A stretch of 64,000 bases of DNA from a virus: IMG/VR virus record IMGVR_UViG_3300045988_130116. One strand, given 5' to 3'. Position numbers and translations under genes: made by a program. Of this stretch, positions 9,488 to 18,354 are shown piece by piece (the stretch's first letter is position 1; each line of letters opens with the position of its first letter). Under the pieces are notes generated by a model. That model was not told the origin of the DNA. It did no database searches and saw nothing but the letters and a program-made list of their open reading frames with translations.

Positions 9488-10126
9488 TTAAAATCTACTA
9501 TGTTCTAATGTCCCTTCTGATTGTAGTAGTTCTTGAAGTTTATTTATAACCTTTTCATCTTCTACTCTAAACGATACTATCTCATCTTTACTCCCTTTAA
9601 CGGGGAAAAGTACTGTTGGGCATCTATCTGTCTTTCTAAAAGGCAAAGACTTAGGCTCTTTTTTATCTATAGAAAGCGTTTTGATTTTCTTGTTTTTAAG
9701 TCTTACAGCCTTGCTAGTGCGATTATAAATTATACCCTTTTTAGTAACTATTTTTATGTTATTATTTGCTTTTTCATAAAATACAAATTTTGCATCATTC
9801 CATTTATTATTTTCAAAATACTCAACATCTTCTCCTATTTCTACTTTAGTCCAATCAGTATCTCTTTCAAATAATAAAGTATCATCTATATCATATATCT
9901 TCATAATATCTAGTAAGGGCGTTTCTTTATGATTAAATTCATCTGTATAACCATTTACACTTGCTACAACTCTACTATCATAAGGGTTAAAAAGAGATGC
10001 CTTATTTTTTAGTAGATGTAATCCTACAACCATGTCCCTTACAATATAGTAAACTTCCCTACTATCGTTTCCTTCTTTAACTCTTATTTCTACTTTCATA
10101 CCACTCTTTAAATCACTTAATTTCAT
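9488..10126 (-). CDS. hypothetical protein (paralog family with 8092..8649 and 10400..10804)
   Basis: 212 aa; DLKSGMKVEIR..YYIV..DEFNHKE..DIMKIYD..DWTKVEIGEDVEY. Confidence 0.6.
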   Translation of the reverse strand: MKLSDLKSGMKVEIRVKEGNDSREVYYIVRDMVVGLHLLKNKASLFNPYDSRVVASVNGYTDEFNHKETPLLDIMKIYDIDDTLLFERDTDWTKVEIGEDVEYFENNKWNDAKFVFYEKANNNIKIVTKKGIIYNRTSKAVRLKNKKIKTLSIDKKEPKSLPFRKTDRCPTVLFPVKGSKDEIVSFRVEDEKVINKLQELLQSEGTLEHSRF

Positions 10127-10159
10127 TTTATCACCCCTTGTTTATTTTTATTTTATATT

Positions 10160-10381
10160 TTATTTATTAGTTTCTTTTAGTCCCATCAGAAATTCTAATT
10201 CCATTAAAATTTTTTCATTACATTTATCACAAATAAAATAGGAGTCTTTTATATCAGTATTCAATTTTAAAAAATTTATTTCTTCTTGTGATAATTTATC
10301 ACTAATTTTATTTAAATCAAATATACTAAAATATTCTCCACATATATCACACTTTGTATTTTTATCATAGTAATGACTCAT
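10160..10381 (-). CDS. small zinc-ribbon protein
   Basis: 73 aa; CDICG...CDKC. Confidence 0.55.
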   Translation of the reverse strand: MSHYYDKNTKCDICGEYFSIFDLNKISDKLSQEEINFLKLNTDIKDSYFICDKCNEKILMELEFLMGLKETNK

Positions 10382-10399
10382 TTTATCACTCCTTTTAAA

Positions 10400-10804
10400 T
10401 TATTTATAGACACACTCCGCCCAATACTCAAATCCTGATAAATCTTCTGATAATGTTTTATGTCTGAATGGAGCAGGAACACAACAAACAAATATTCTTT
10501 CAACCCATTCATCCTGTTTTGAATTTCTTACTCTAACTTGTGTTCCTGCGGGAGCAGGATTCCAAATTTCATTTCTTACCCAAATAGGAGTTCCTTCTGA
10601 ATCCTTTATTATCATTATATCTTTTGTTTTAAGTTCTTTATTTGTAAAATCATCATTATAGTGACCAAGAATATTTATAGCACTTCCAACAAATTTAAGA
10701 GTTAAACCTTTTTCTCTTATATAACAAGCTCTTTCAACTATATAATACTTATCACCATTTCTTAATGTAAAACCCATTCCACTTTTTATATCTTGTTTAT
10801 TCAT
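10400..10804 (-). CDS. hypothetical protein (N-terminal module shared with 9488..10126)
   Basis: 134 aa; DIKSGMGFTLRNGDKYYIVE..NDDFTNKELKTKDIMIIKD. Confidence 0.6.
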   Translation of the reverse strand: MNKQDIKSGMGFTLRNGDKYYIVERACYIREKGLTLKFVGSAINILGHYNDDFTNKELKTKDIMIIKDSEGTPIWVRNEIWNPAPAGTQVRVRNSKQDEWVERIFVCCVPAPFRHKTLSEDLSGFEYWAECVYK

Positions 10805-11064
10805 TATTTATCCACCTTTACCTTTCCATTAGAATCATATACAGGAGACATAATCGCTTTATTATCTCTTATCCCTATATAATAATGCACACCTGTTTCT
10901 TTATCTACATACTCCGATATTCTTATTCTTCGTAATCTTCCTTTATCTGCTATCTTTATAAATCCACTATCAGAATTTACGGTTTCTTCTTCCATAGATA
11001 CACAACCTATCATACTCACTCCTAGTATACATAATAAACCTAAACTAATTATTTTCTTTATCAT
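10804..11064 (-). CDS. small lipoprotein
   Basis: 86 aa; signal plus lipobox MIKKIISLGLLCILGVSMIGC. Confidence 0.6.
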   Translation of the reverse strand: MIKKIISLGLLCILGVSMIGCVSMEEETVNSDSGFIKIADKGRLRRIRISEYVDKETGVHYYIGIRDNKAIMSPVYDSNGKVKVDK

Positions 11065-11091
11065 TTTATCGCTCCCTTTTATTTTAATATA

Positions 11092-11448
11092 TTACCACTC
11101 TTCCTTATCTTTTATATATATTATTTCTTTTTTGCTCATTTTTATTTCACTACAAGTTAAATTATCTAATTCTTCTTTAAGAAAGTCTATAAATTCTTCT
11201 TCTGTCATGTTTCTAATCTTATCATTATTTTGAGTGAATACTTTCATTATATCTGAATAACTTGGCACACTAAATGAATACGTTCCGCCAAATTCCATTT
11301 CTAAAATATTCTTTTCTAATATTATTTCCATGTAATTTGTATAATGTCCATTATATCCACAAGTGGGGCAACCACAATTATCACATATCATATCATCACA
11401 TATATCTATTATACCACCGTCTATCATTTCAACTAAATATTTGCTCAT
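11092..11448 (-). CDS. hypothetical protein
   Basis: 118-aa ORF tightly packed with neighbours. Confidence 0.55.
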   Translation of the reverse strand: MSKYLVEMIDGGIIDICDDMICDNCGCPTCGYNGHYTNYMEIILEKNILEMEFGGTYSFSVPSYSDIMKVFTQNNDKIRNMTEEEFIDFLKEELDNLTCSEIKMSKKEIIYIKDKEEW

Positions 11449-11449
11449 A

Positions 11450-11812
11450 TTACCACTCCTTTACATATTCTTCTATAAGAAGATTGATATAGTCTGAAAT
11501 AGAATTTATTCCTCTGAACTCATAATAAGATTTTATACTAAAACTATCTTTATCTTTTTCATTTATCATAAAAAGGCTAAGACTATTTTCGCATAACTCT
11601 ATTTCTAAATAATTATTCCCTTTCTCATATTCTAGTTGGATAGTACTAGCCCCTGTAGGGAAAACCTCGGGTTGTATTGTTAATTCTTTAAGAACTTTCT
11701 TCGTTAAATCTAAAGTTCCTTTAGGAATTGGATTAGCACCATACAAATTCCAATTTTTCTTAAAACTATACATTTCATCAACTTTATTTAAATTGTATTC
11801 TAACTTTGTCAT
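11450..11812 (-). CDS. hypothetical protein
   Basis: 120-aa ORF; cassette promoter 11890..11918; hairpin 11829..11848 in the leader. Confidence 0.6.
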   Translation of the reverse strand: MTKLEYNLNKVDEMYSFKKNWNLYGANPIPKGTLDLTKKVLKELTIQPEVFPTGASTIQLEYEKGNNYLEIELCENSLSLFMINEKDKDSFSIKSYYEFRGINSISDYINLLIEEYVKEW

Positions 11813-11889
11813 AAATTCCCCTCCTTTACCTAGTCCAAAAGGACTAGGTTATATTTAAAATAATATGATAAATTTATGATTATACTTAT

Positions 11890-11918
11890 ATAATATCACA
11901 TTTTAATAATGTTGTCAA
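11890..11918 (-). promoter_or_regulatory. cassette promoter TTGACA-17-TATTAT
   Basis: Drives 11450..11812 and downstream genes. Confidence 0.7.
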
Positions 11919-11947
11919 CTATTTTTTAGGAACACCACAAGACAATT

Positions 11948-12731
11948 TTAATCGTTTATATCTACTGTATAAGAATACATAGCATTATATAAATTTTGAG
12001 GAATAGATTCTTTATAATAATCTGCTACTTCTTTAATATATTCTTCTTTAAATTTTTTATATACTTCAAATGCTTTTTTAGGAGTATCATAATAACCTAA
12101 ATGTACCCTTATTTGTTTATTTTCTTTAAAATCATAAGTGCTACAACTACTTGAGTATTTATTATATTTTTTCAAGTTTAACTCCTATTGGTAGTTTACC
12201 TCTATTTTTATTGCACTTAGTAAAAAGTGTGTTTATTCTTTGTGGTGCAAAAATACAAGTTTTCGGTGAATAAGTTTTATTATTCTTTATTAAAATATCT
12301 TTATCTAAATGCATACACTCATTTTTAATTTCATAATAGTTGTCATAATACCAATTAGCAAAATTTTGAAAATTATGCCATTCTTCACATACTTCACAAC
12401 CTTTGTAATATGTATGTTTTTGTTTAAGCCTTTCATTATAACATCTATTTAACATACTTCTCCAAGTTGTATAGCATCTAGTAAACTTGCCATTTATTTT
12501 ACTCTTATATTTACCTTCGCCTAAATATCCTATATTATATACGGTTGGTTCATAAGGGCATCTAATTTCCCCTTTTGAAAAATATTCATATTTTCTATGC
12601 TTTATCGTGTAATTATATTGAGGAAAATAAACATCTATATCTCGACAACTATTATATTTAACTATTATCATTTTACTTCCGAAGTTATTTAATTTTTCTT
12701 CGCCTGTTCTATTTAATTTATGCATAATCAA
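11948..12731 (-). pseudogene. AP2-domain homing-endonuclease-like gene split by a 1-nt frame change in an A6 run (about 12165..12170)
   Basis: The 12162..12731 ORF ends ..RGKLPIGVKLEKI*. The 11948..12175 ORF continues in the +1 frame as ..NKYSSS..IRVHLGYYDTPKKAFEVYKK (AP2-like). Removing one A from GAAAAAAT fuses the two. Confidence 0.55.
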
Positions 12732-13480
12732 ACCTCTAATTGTGCTGTTCTATTTTTTTTCTTAGGAGATTTGCAAGATAATTTTCCTTCAGGACACACT
12801 CCATTTACACATGGGGCATCAATATTATTAAATAATACAGGTGATACCTCTCTGCATATTTCTAACATTTTCTCTGCTAATTCCCTAATTTCTTCTTGAG
12901 CTCTATGACAACATCTTTTACTAAAGAAATTATATAAACTTCTAACATTCATAGTAACTATTATCTTAGTCTCACAAGCATTAGGTAAAACATATCTAGC
13001 ATTTTCATTTGCCACTTTAGTAGAACTCATACCATAAGTAGGGTAATCTACATCTTCAACATATTGTTTTATACTTCCTTGCCATTTTAAATACATTGAA
13101 TGAATTAAGTGCATATCGTCTTCATATTCTTTAACTGCATCTTCTCCCATACATTTAATTACATTAGGAGTTATAAACTCAAAATTGTCTACATCCTCTT
13201 TTACATATCTTTGAGACTGTTGAGAATAACTAGCAATTCTATGTCTTACTAATTGGTGAGTTAATGCTCTTGACACTCCTTCTACTGCAAATGAAAAACT
13301 ACAATGTTCTAATGGAGATTCATGTCCCATATCTGCTAATTGTTTTATAAATCCTTTTATCTTTTCTTCTGATAAATTTTCTTCTAATTCGTCAATTTCT
13401 ACTGGACTATAACATAACTTACCTGCCATAGCAATTACTTTCTCAAAGTCTTTAGTATACCCTATTAATTTAACCTTCAT
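12728..13480 (-). CDS. thyX: FAD-dependent thymidylate synthase ThyX
   Basis: 250 aa; ThyX signature LVRHRIASYSQQSQRY (RHR..S....S.R); HESPLEH. Confidence 0.9.
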   Translation of the reverse strand: MKVKLIGYTKDFEKVIAMAGKLCYSPVEIDELEENLSEEKIKGFIKQLADMGHESPLEHCSFSFAVEGVSRALTHQLVRHRIASYSQQSQRYVKEDVDNFEFITPNVIKCMGEDAVKEYEDDMHLIHSMYLKWQGSIKQYVEDVDYPTYGMSSTKVANENARYVLPNACETKIIVTMNVRSLYNFFSKRCCHRAQEEIRELAEKMLEICREVSPVLFNNIDAPCVNGVCPEGKLSCKSPKKKNRTAQLEV

Positions 13481-13517
13481 TTAATCAATCCTTTCTATAT
13501 TAAATTATTTTAATCAT

Positions 13518-13994
13518 TTATAATAAATATCGAAAACTAGGCATATCATCGCTAGAAGTCCACATACAAGGTGCACGAAGACCTCTATAAAAATCCTTAC
13601 ATATAGAAGTAAGTCTTTCAGATACCCCTTCTCCAGTCATAAAATCTTTATTTATATCTTCATAACTTACCCTTTTTAAAACAGTGCAATCATTTTCTAA
13701 CCACAATCTTATAGAAGCTATTACATCTTTATACCTTATTACTCTTTTATCATTCTTTTGATTTTGTAATATTTCTAAGTTCTCTTCTATTTCTTCTTTT
13801 ATTTTCTCTATTGGTTTTTCAGTTATAATATATTTTGAATTATCTATACTAGCATAAACAGGATAATCACAACCTGTATATTCTTTGTATATCTTTAAAA
13901 ACTCCTTCGATATATTATACCAATAAGCCTTATAAGGAGACCCATCGCATTCATAACAATTTTCTAATTTCCTCTTTATATTAACTATACGCAA
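13518..13994 (-). CDS. KEY-G-D-P family paralog (unknown function)
   Basis: 158 aa; LKIYKEYTGCDYP ... NDKRVIRY; closest to 14863..15342. Confidence 0.6.
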   Translation of the reverse strand: MRIVNIKRKLENCYECDGSPYKAYWYNISKEFLKIYKEYTGCDYPVYASIDNSKYIITEKPIEKIKEEIEENLEILQNQKNDKRVIRYKDVIASIRLWLENDCTVLKRVSYEDINKDFMTGEGVSERLTSICKDFYRGLRAPCMWTSSDDMPSFRYLL

Positions 13995-13996
13995 CT

Positions 13997-14332
13997 TTAT
14001 TCACCCTCCCTTATAACATCAAATATATAATGATTACAGGATATATCTCCTATAAAATTTCTTAATATACATTTGTGTTCTTTAACTCTCTCATCTTTAG
14101 AATATAATGTTAACTCATTTAAACTTTTAGTTAATCTATTCATTTCTTCAATAAAATCACGCCTTCCTACAACTGTTCTATTTATTATTTTTATTTGAGG
14201 GAAGTCTTCTCCTATATATTCTTTATAAATTTCTTTAAAGGAACTCTCTTCCACAGAAGAACTTCTATCCCATACTTGGCATCTCCAATTAATTCTATTA
14301 TCAGTATCTATTTTATCTATATAGCATATCAT
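13997..14332 (-). CDS. KEY-G-D-P family paralog (unknown function)
   Basis: Track ORF 13997..14380. ATG 14332 preferred: GGAAGGA SD, and it avoids overlap with 14334..14669. Contains FKEIYKEYIGEDFP ... SKDERVKEH. Confidence 0.55.
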   Translation of the reverse strand: MICYIDKIDTDNRINWRCQVWDRSSSVEESSFKEIYKEYIGEDFPQIKIINRTVVGRRDFIEEMNRLTKSLNELTLYSKDERVKEHKCILRNFIGDISCNHYIFDVIREGE

Positions 14333-14333
14333 A

Positions 14334-14669
14334 TTATTCGTCCTTCCATAACATATAAACAATCTTATTTGCAAGTCCATTTTGGATTATATCTATCTCA
14401 TAAGACACCTGATCAACTCTTCTGTCATGAATTTGTTTCTTTAAAGAACCCATTTGTTCTCCAATAACCCCATTTAAAATTATTAAAACTTCTTCTAATT
14501 CCAAATACTCTTCTCTCATTTTAAATGAAGGGTAATCTCTTCCAAAGTATTCTTTATATAATTCAACTATTTTATCACTTTGTGTTCTTGATATATTATC
14601 CCTTATAGCCTCTAAGATAATTTCCCCTTCAATCTCTTTATATTTAATTCCGTATAATTTTTCAACCAC
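14334..14669 (-). CDS. KEY-G-D-P family paralog (unknown function)
   Basis: 111 aa; VELYKEYFGRDYP; cassette promoter 14693..14721. Confidence 0.6.
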   Translation of the reverse strand: MVEKLYGIKYKEIEGEIILEAIRDNISRTQSDKIVELYKEYFGRDYPSFKMREEYLELEEVLIILNGVIGEQMGSLKKQIHDRRVDQVSYEIDIIQNGLANKIVYMLWKDE

Positions 14670-14692
14670 ATTATCAACTCCTTTATATTTAT

Positions 14693-14721
14693 ATTATATC
14701 ATATTTTAATATTGTTGTCAA
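14693..14721 (-). promoter_or_regulatory. cassette promoter TTGACA-17-TATAAT
   Basis: Drives 14334..14669 through thyX. Confidence 0.75.
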
Positions 14722-14847
14722 CTATTTTTTACGTTTAATTATGTAAGTTTGTGGATTAACTTTATTATATTCTCTAATGACTTCTGTCTCTCTTTCATCT
14801 AAGAAACAATATATTGTAGCTAATATTACTATTGAAATAAAATACAC
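14722..14847 (-). CDS. small membrane protein (41 aa)
   Basis: Own translation from GTG: VYFISIVILATIYCFLDERETEVIREYNKVNPQTYIIKRKK; GGAGGTGG SD. Confidence 0.35.
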   Translation of the reverse strand: MYFISIVILATIYCFLDERETEVIREYNKVNPQTYIIKRKK

Positions 14848-14862
14848 TGTACCACCTCCTTC

Positions 14863-15342
14863 CTAACAACAATCATTAAACATCGTCTCATACTCTGTTG
14901 TAATAAATTCATACAAACTATTATTTAAATCTTGAAAAGACATAAATCTAGCTTTAAGTATCTCAATTTTCGTTGTTTTACCACTCATGAAAGTTTTATC
15001 AATTTCATTAAATGAAACCTTATTTAAAATAATATAACCACTTTCTAATGCTAAAAGTATATGCCCTATACAATCTCCCAACATTAAAACTCTTTTATCA
15101 TTGGTATATTGTCTTAATACATTTAAATTTTCTTTTATTTCTTTTTCTACTTCTTTTATGGATTTTTCAGTTATAATTTGTTCTCCCATTTCAACCTTTG
15201 CAAACTTAGGATAATCACAACCAGTATAGTCCTTATATACTTTTAGAAAAATATCCTTTTTACTATCCCAATAAACTTTATCTATTGACCCTCTACACAT
15301 ATAAGAATCATTTAATTTTTTATATACTCCTAATATATACAC
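14863..15342 (-). CDS. KEY-G-D-P family paralog (unknown function)
   Basis: 159 aa, GTG start; LKVYKDYTGCDYP ... NDKRVLML; promoter 15366..15394. Confidence 0.6.
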   Translation of the reverse strand: MYILGVYKKLNDSYMCRGSIDKVYWDSKKDIFLKVYKDYTGCDYPKFAKVEMGEQIITEKSIKEVEKEIKENLNVLRQYTNDKRVLMLGDCIGHILLALESGYIILNKVSFNEIDKTFMSGKTTKIEILKARFMSFQDLNNSLYEFITTEYETMFNDCC

Positions 15343-15365
15343 CTCATCATCACCTCCTTTCTTAT

Positions 15366-15394
15366 ATTATATCATAAATTAATAATATTATCAA
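15366..15394 (-). promoter_or_regulatory. cassette promoter TTGATA-17-TATAAT
   Basis: -35 variant TTGATA; drives 14863..15342. Confidence 0.65.
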
Positions 15395-15591
15395 CTGTTT
15401 TCTGATTTTATTTCTTTAACTTTTGCTTTTGCATAACCGTCCCTTACAGTTTTTATCCCATTAAACTCATACTTAGAGCAAGAGTAATAAAATATATCGA
15501 ATATCTCTCTATTTTTTCCTCTTCTTTTTTTACATATATTGTGTCTTCCTGTTTTTAAATAAGAACAAGTCATACAAATTTTTTCTTCCAT
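15391..15591 (-). CDS. small Cys-rich basic protein
   Basis: 66-aa ORF; CMTCSYLK...ICKKRRGK...YYSCSKY. Confidence 0.5.
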   Translation of the reverse strand: MEEKICMTCSYLKTGRHNICKKRRGKNREIFDIFYYSCSKYEFNGIKTVRDGYAKAKVKEIKSENS

Positions 15592-15592
15592 A

Positions 15593-15946
15593 TTATACCA
15601 ACAACCTTTCTAAATTTTTTTCTTCTACTTTTAGATTAAGCATTTTAGCAACACCTAAAATACCTGTTGTAGTCCATCTTAAACTTATATACCCTCCTCC
15701 AAAGTTGTCTATACCCCCTACAAGTTTTACAAAGTCTCTGTCCATATTTAAATTAGGATACCATTGGTTATTAACTCTGCTTAAAACTTTATATTTTCTT
15801 GCCATTAAAATTTCAAAATCAGTACCAGAAGAAAATCCAAATAGATTTCCCACCTGTCTTGAAGTAAATAATTTATTACTATTTTTAAATTTTTGTAACC
15901 AGTCTAAATTATGTTGTATTTCAATATCAAATTTCTTTTTTATCAT
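15593..15946 (-). CDS. hypothetical protein
   Basis: 117-aa ORF packed between neighbours. Confidence 0.55.
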   Translation of the reverse strand: MIKKKFDIEIQHNLDWLQKFKNSNKLFTSRQVGNLFGFSSGTDFEILMARKYKVLSRVNNQWYPNLNMDRDFVKLVGGIDNFGGGYISLRWTTTGILGVAKMLNLKVEEKNLERLLV

Positions 15947-15956
15947 ATTTTACCTC

Positions 15957-16631
15957 CTAAGCACGTCTTTTCATTTTTTCTAAAGCCCTTCTCATTATTC
16001 TACTAACCTGCATTTGACTTACCCCGATTTGTGATGCTACTTGTTGTTGGGAACGATTATTATAAAAAATTTCCTCTATAACATATCTTTCTCTTTCGCT
16101 TATAACACTAAGTAAATATTCTATATATATATTTGTATCAAAATCCTCTTCATAAGGGGGTATTAAAACATCTGCATATGTACTTCCTTCTTCGCCTTTA
16201 TCTTCAATTCTACAAGGTTTATCAAGTGAAGCAACTCCAAAAGAAATATCCCTGATCTCTTTTACCTCATCAACGCTTAAACCTAATTCCTTGGCTATTT
16301 CTTCTATCGTCATATAGGGAAGCATAGATTCTATTTTATATTTGTTTTGAGTTATCTTTCTCCCATAAAAAATTCCCCTTTTTTTACCTCTAAATTCTCT
16401 TCGTATGCCGCCCAATATATAAGGAACGGCATAAGATGAAAATTCATAACCTTTGCTTTTATCATAAGTATCAACACATTTGATTAAGTTCATAAGCCCT
16501 ATTTGTTTTACATCATCATAAGTATAATCATATGTATTAAATAGTCCCAATCTTTTATTTATTACATAGTCTACTAATTTCATATTTTTAATTATAAAAT
16601 CATCTTTTTCTTTTTTATTTTTAAAATTCAT
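15957..16631 (-). CDS. sigma-70 family RNA polymerase sigma factor (1 of 3 in window)
   Basis: Region 2-like MNLIKCVDTYDKSKGYEFSSYAVPYILGGIRREFR; region 4 HTH SQQQVASQIGVSQMQVSRIMRRALEKMK. ATG 16631 preferred (GGAGTGAGG SD); track start is 16640. Confidence 0.85.
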   Translation of the reverse strand: MNFKNKKEKDDFIIKNMKLVDYVINKRLGLFNTYDYTYDDVKQIGLMNLIKCVDTYDKSKGYEFSSYAVPYILGGIRREFRGKKRGIFYGRKITQNKYKIESMLPYMTIEEIAKELGLSVDEVKEIRDISFGVASLDKPCRIEDKGEEGSTYADVLIPPYEEDFDTNIYIEYLLSVISERERYVIEEIFYNNRSQQQVASQIGVSQMQVSRIMRRALEKMKRRA

Positions 16632-16665
16632 ATACCTCACTCCCCATAAATCTATAATCTTATTT

Positions 16666-17187
16666 TTACAATCTTATTCGTTTTAAATCTTTATCAAATT
16701 TAAAGCCTATAATCTTACTTGTGGTTGCTAAATAATAAAGACTGCTAAAATTGACTCTCGTATTGCTACCTTCGGCTTTAAATAATTCATTCATTTCATC
16801 TATTACAACGTCTACACTCACAGAATTATCTTTATCTGCCAATCCTAAATGTCTTTGATATAATATTATCGTAAACATAATTTGTCTTAAAGATTCATTA
16901 AATTTTTCTTCTTCCTCAAATTCTTTAGTTGGGGTTTTATCTGACACATAATAATAACCTTCCTTACCTACGACTTTAAGCACTTGAGGTATAGTCATAC
17001 CATTAAACCAACCATACTTCAAAGTATTACTATATATGTCTTCATATCCTATATCACCTTTTCTAAGTTCTTCAAAATCATTTCCTTTGACCATAAGCAT
17101 CCACTCATGTGGGACTTTACAATCAAACTCTATAAAGAAATCATCAGTTAAAAATAAATTATCCCTTTTAAATGTACATTTTTTCAT
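16666..17187 (-). CDS. hypothetical protein
   Basis: 173-aa ORF; AGGAGG SD. Confidence 0.6.
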   Translation of the reverse strand: MKKCTFKRDNLFLTDDFFIEFDCKVPHEWMLMVKGNDFEELRKGDIGYEDIYSNTLKYGWFNGMTIPQVLKVVGKEGYYYVSDKTPTKEFEEEEKFNESLRQIMFTIILYQRHLGLADKDNSVSVDVVIDEMNELFKAEGSNTRVNFSSLYYLATTSKIIGFKFDKDLKRIRL

Positions 17188-17204
17188 AAATAAAACCTCC
17201 TTAA

Positions 17205-17618
17205 TTATTTTTTCATTTTACTAATTATTGCAGTTAGTTCATTAAATAAATCTTCTTTAAAAAATAATATACTTCCGTCAGAACCGTCATTGATATTGCA
17301 AAGAACACAAGGAAAACTAATTCTGTTTTCGGCTTTTTCTTTTACCTCTTTTACATTAGAAACTTCAAAGTAATCCAAATAAGCATATAAAAACATGTCT
17401 AATTGCTCTTTGTCATAAAATTTATAAGATTCAATTACATCATCTTTAAAAAATCTTGTATCAACCTTTAGACTATTAACATTATTCTCTAAGATGTAAT
17501 TCATAAAATCATAACTGTTATATAAATAAGCAGATTCTTTTGTTTCAAATTCATGTCCGTCTTGAGTAACATAAGTTACCTTTTTAATCTCTTTTGTTTT
17601 TATATTATAATCTCTCAT
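17205..17618 (-). CDS. hypothetical protein
   Basis: 137-aa ORF; GGGGTGG SD. Confidence 0.6.
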   Translation of the reverse strand: MRDYNIKTKEIKKVTYVTQDGHEFETKESAYLYNSYDFMNYILENNVNSLKVDTRFFKDDVIESYKFYDKEQLDMFLYAYLDYFEVSNVKEVKEKAENRISFPCVLCNINDGSDGSILFFKEDLFNELTAIISKMKK

Positions 17619-17619
17619 T

Positions 17620-17772
17620 TTACCACCCCGACTTATGTATTAATGTTAATAATGTTACAATTAAAAGACAGAATGTATACCCATTCATAAAATCTATTGT
17701 CAAAACACCATTTCTACAACCAATAAGACTTATTATAGTTATTATTATTAACAAAACTATATATCCAATCAT
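17620..17772 (-). CDS. small hydrophobic membrane protein (50 aa)
   Basis: Own translation MIGYIVLLIIITIISLIGCRNGVLTIDFMNGYTFCLLIVTLLTLIHKSGW; AAGGAGAAA SD; cassette promoter 17799..17827. Confidence 0.5.
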   Translation of the reverse strand: MIGYIVLLIIITIISLIGCRNGVLTIDFMNGYTFCLLIVTLLTLIHKSGW

Positions 17773-17798
17773 TTTCGATTTCTCCTTTCTATATTTAT

Positions 17799-17827
17799 AT
17801 TATATCATATTATCAAATTGTTGTCAA
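17799..17827 (-). promoter_or_regulatory. cassette promoter TTGACA-17-TATAAT
   Basis: Drives 17620..17772. Confidence 0.75.
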
Positions 17828-18301
17828 GTGTTTTTCATCTTTTAAAATTTTATCTCTTATTTTCATAAGCACTATACCAAGTCTATTTTCTCCAATCCAC
17901 ATACCATATTTTCGACTATAGGTCATTCCCCAAACTCTATCTGCATGGCAGTTCCCTTCCACTAACTCCCTTCCATTTGTACTTAATAATTTTGTTTTAA
18001 GAGTTTCATCTTGTATAAATTTTTGATAACATATATCAAACATAACATTGTCTTTTACCTCTTCCCAATCCTCTCTTAAAAGTAATTGTCTGCCTAGTCT
18101 TTTTGATTGAGCAGGTCTTTCCATTTCAAATTCTTTAACTCTACTCCAACATTTTTCTGCATGGTAAGGGGCTTCTGAATTTGTAAATTTATATCCTTTG
18201 TATTCAAAAGTTTTCCCTTCATAGAAATTACTTAAAAAGAGATACTCTCCTCTAAATTCCATAATAGCTGTAGCTTCGTTTTTAATTACATATTGTTTCA
18301 T
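17813..18301 (-). CDS. NADAR (YbiA/DUF1768) family protein
   Basis: 162 aa; FRGEYLFLSNFY..F.NSEAPYHAEK ... DW..VK..VM....QKF.QD..LK.KLL.T....LVEGN..D..WG; own cassette promoter. Confidence 0.8.
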   Translation of the reverse strand: MKQYVIKNEATAIMEFRGEYLFLSNFYEGKTFEYKGYKFTNSEAPYHAEKCWSRVKEFEMERPAQSKRLGRQLLLREDWEEVKDNVMFDICYQKFIQDETLKTKLLSTNGRELVEGNCHADRVWGMTYSRKYGMWIGENRLGIVLMKIRDKILKDEKHLTTI

Positions 18302-18325
18302 ATTATTACTCCTTTCTATATTTAT

Positions 18326-18354
18326 ATTATATCACATTATCAAAGTGTTGTCAA
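18326..18354 (-). promoter_or_regulatory. cassette promoter TTGACA-17-TATAAT
   Basis: Drives NADAR gene 17813..18301; overlaps the last codons of the sigma gene (..NTLIM*). Confidence 0.75.
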
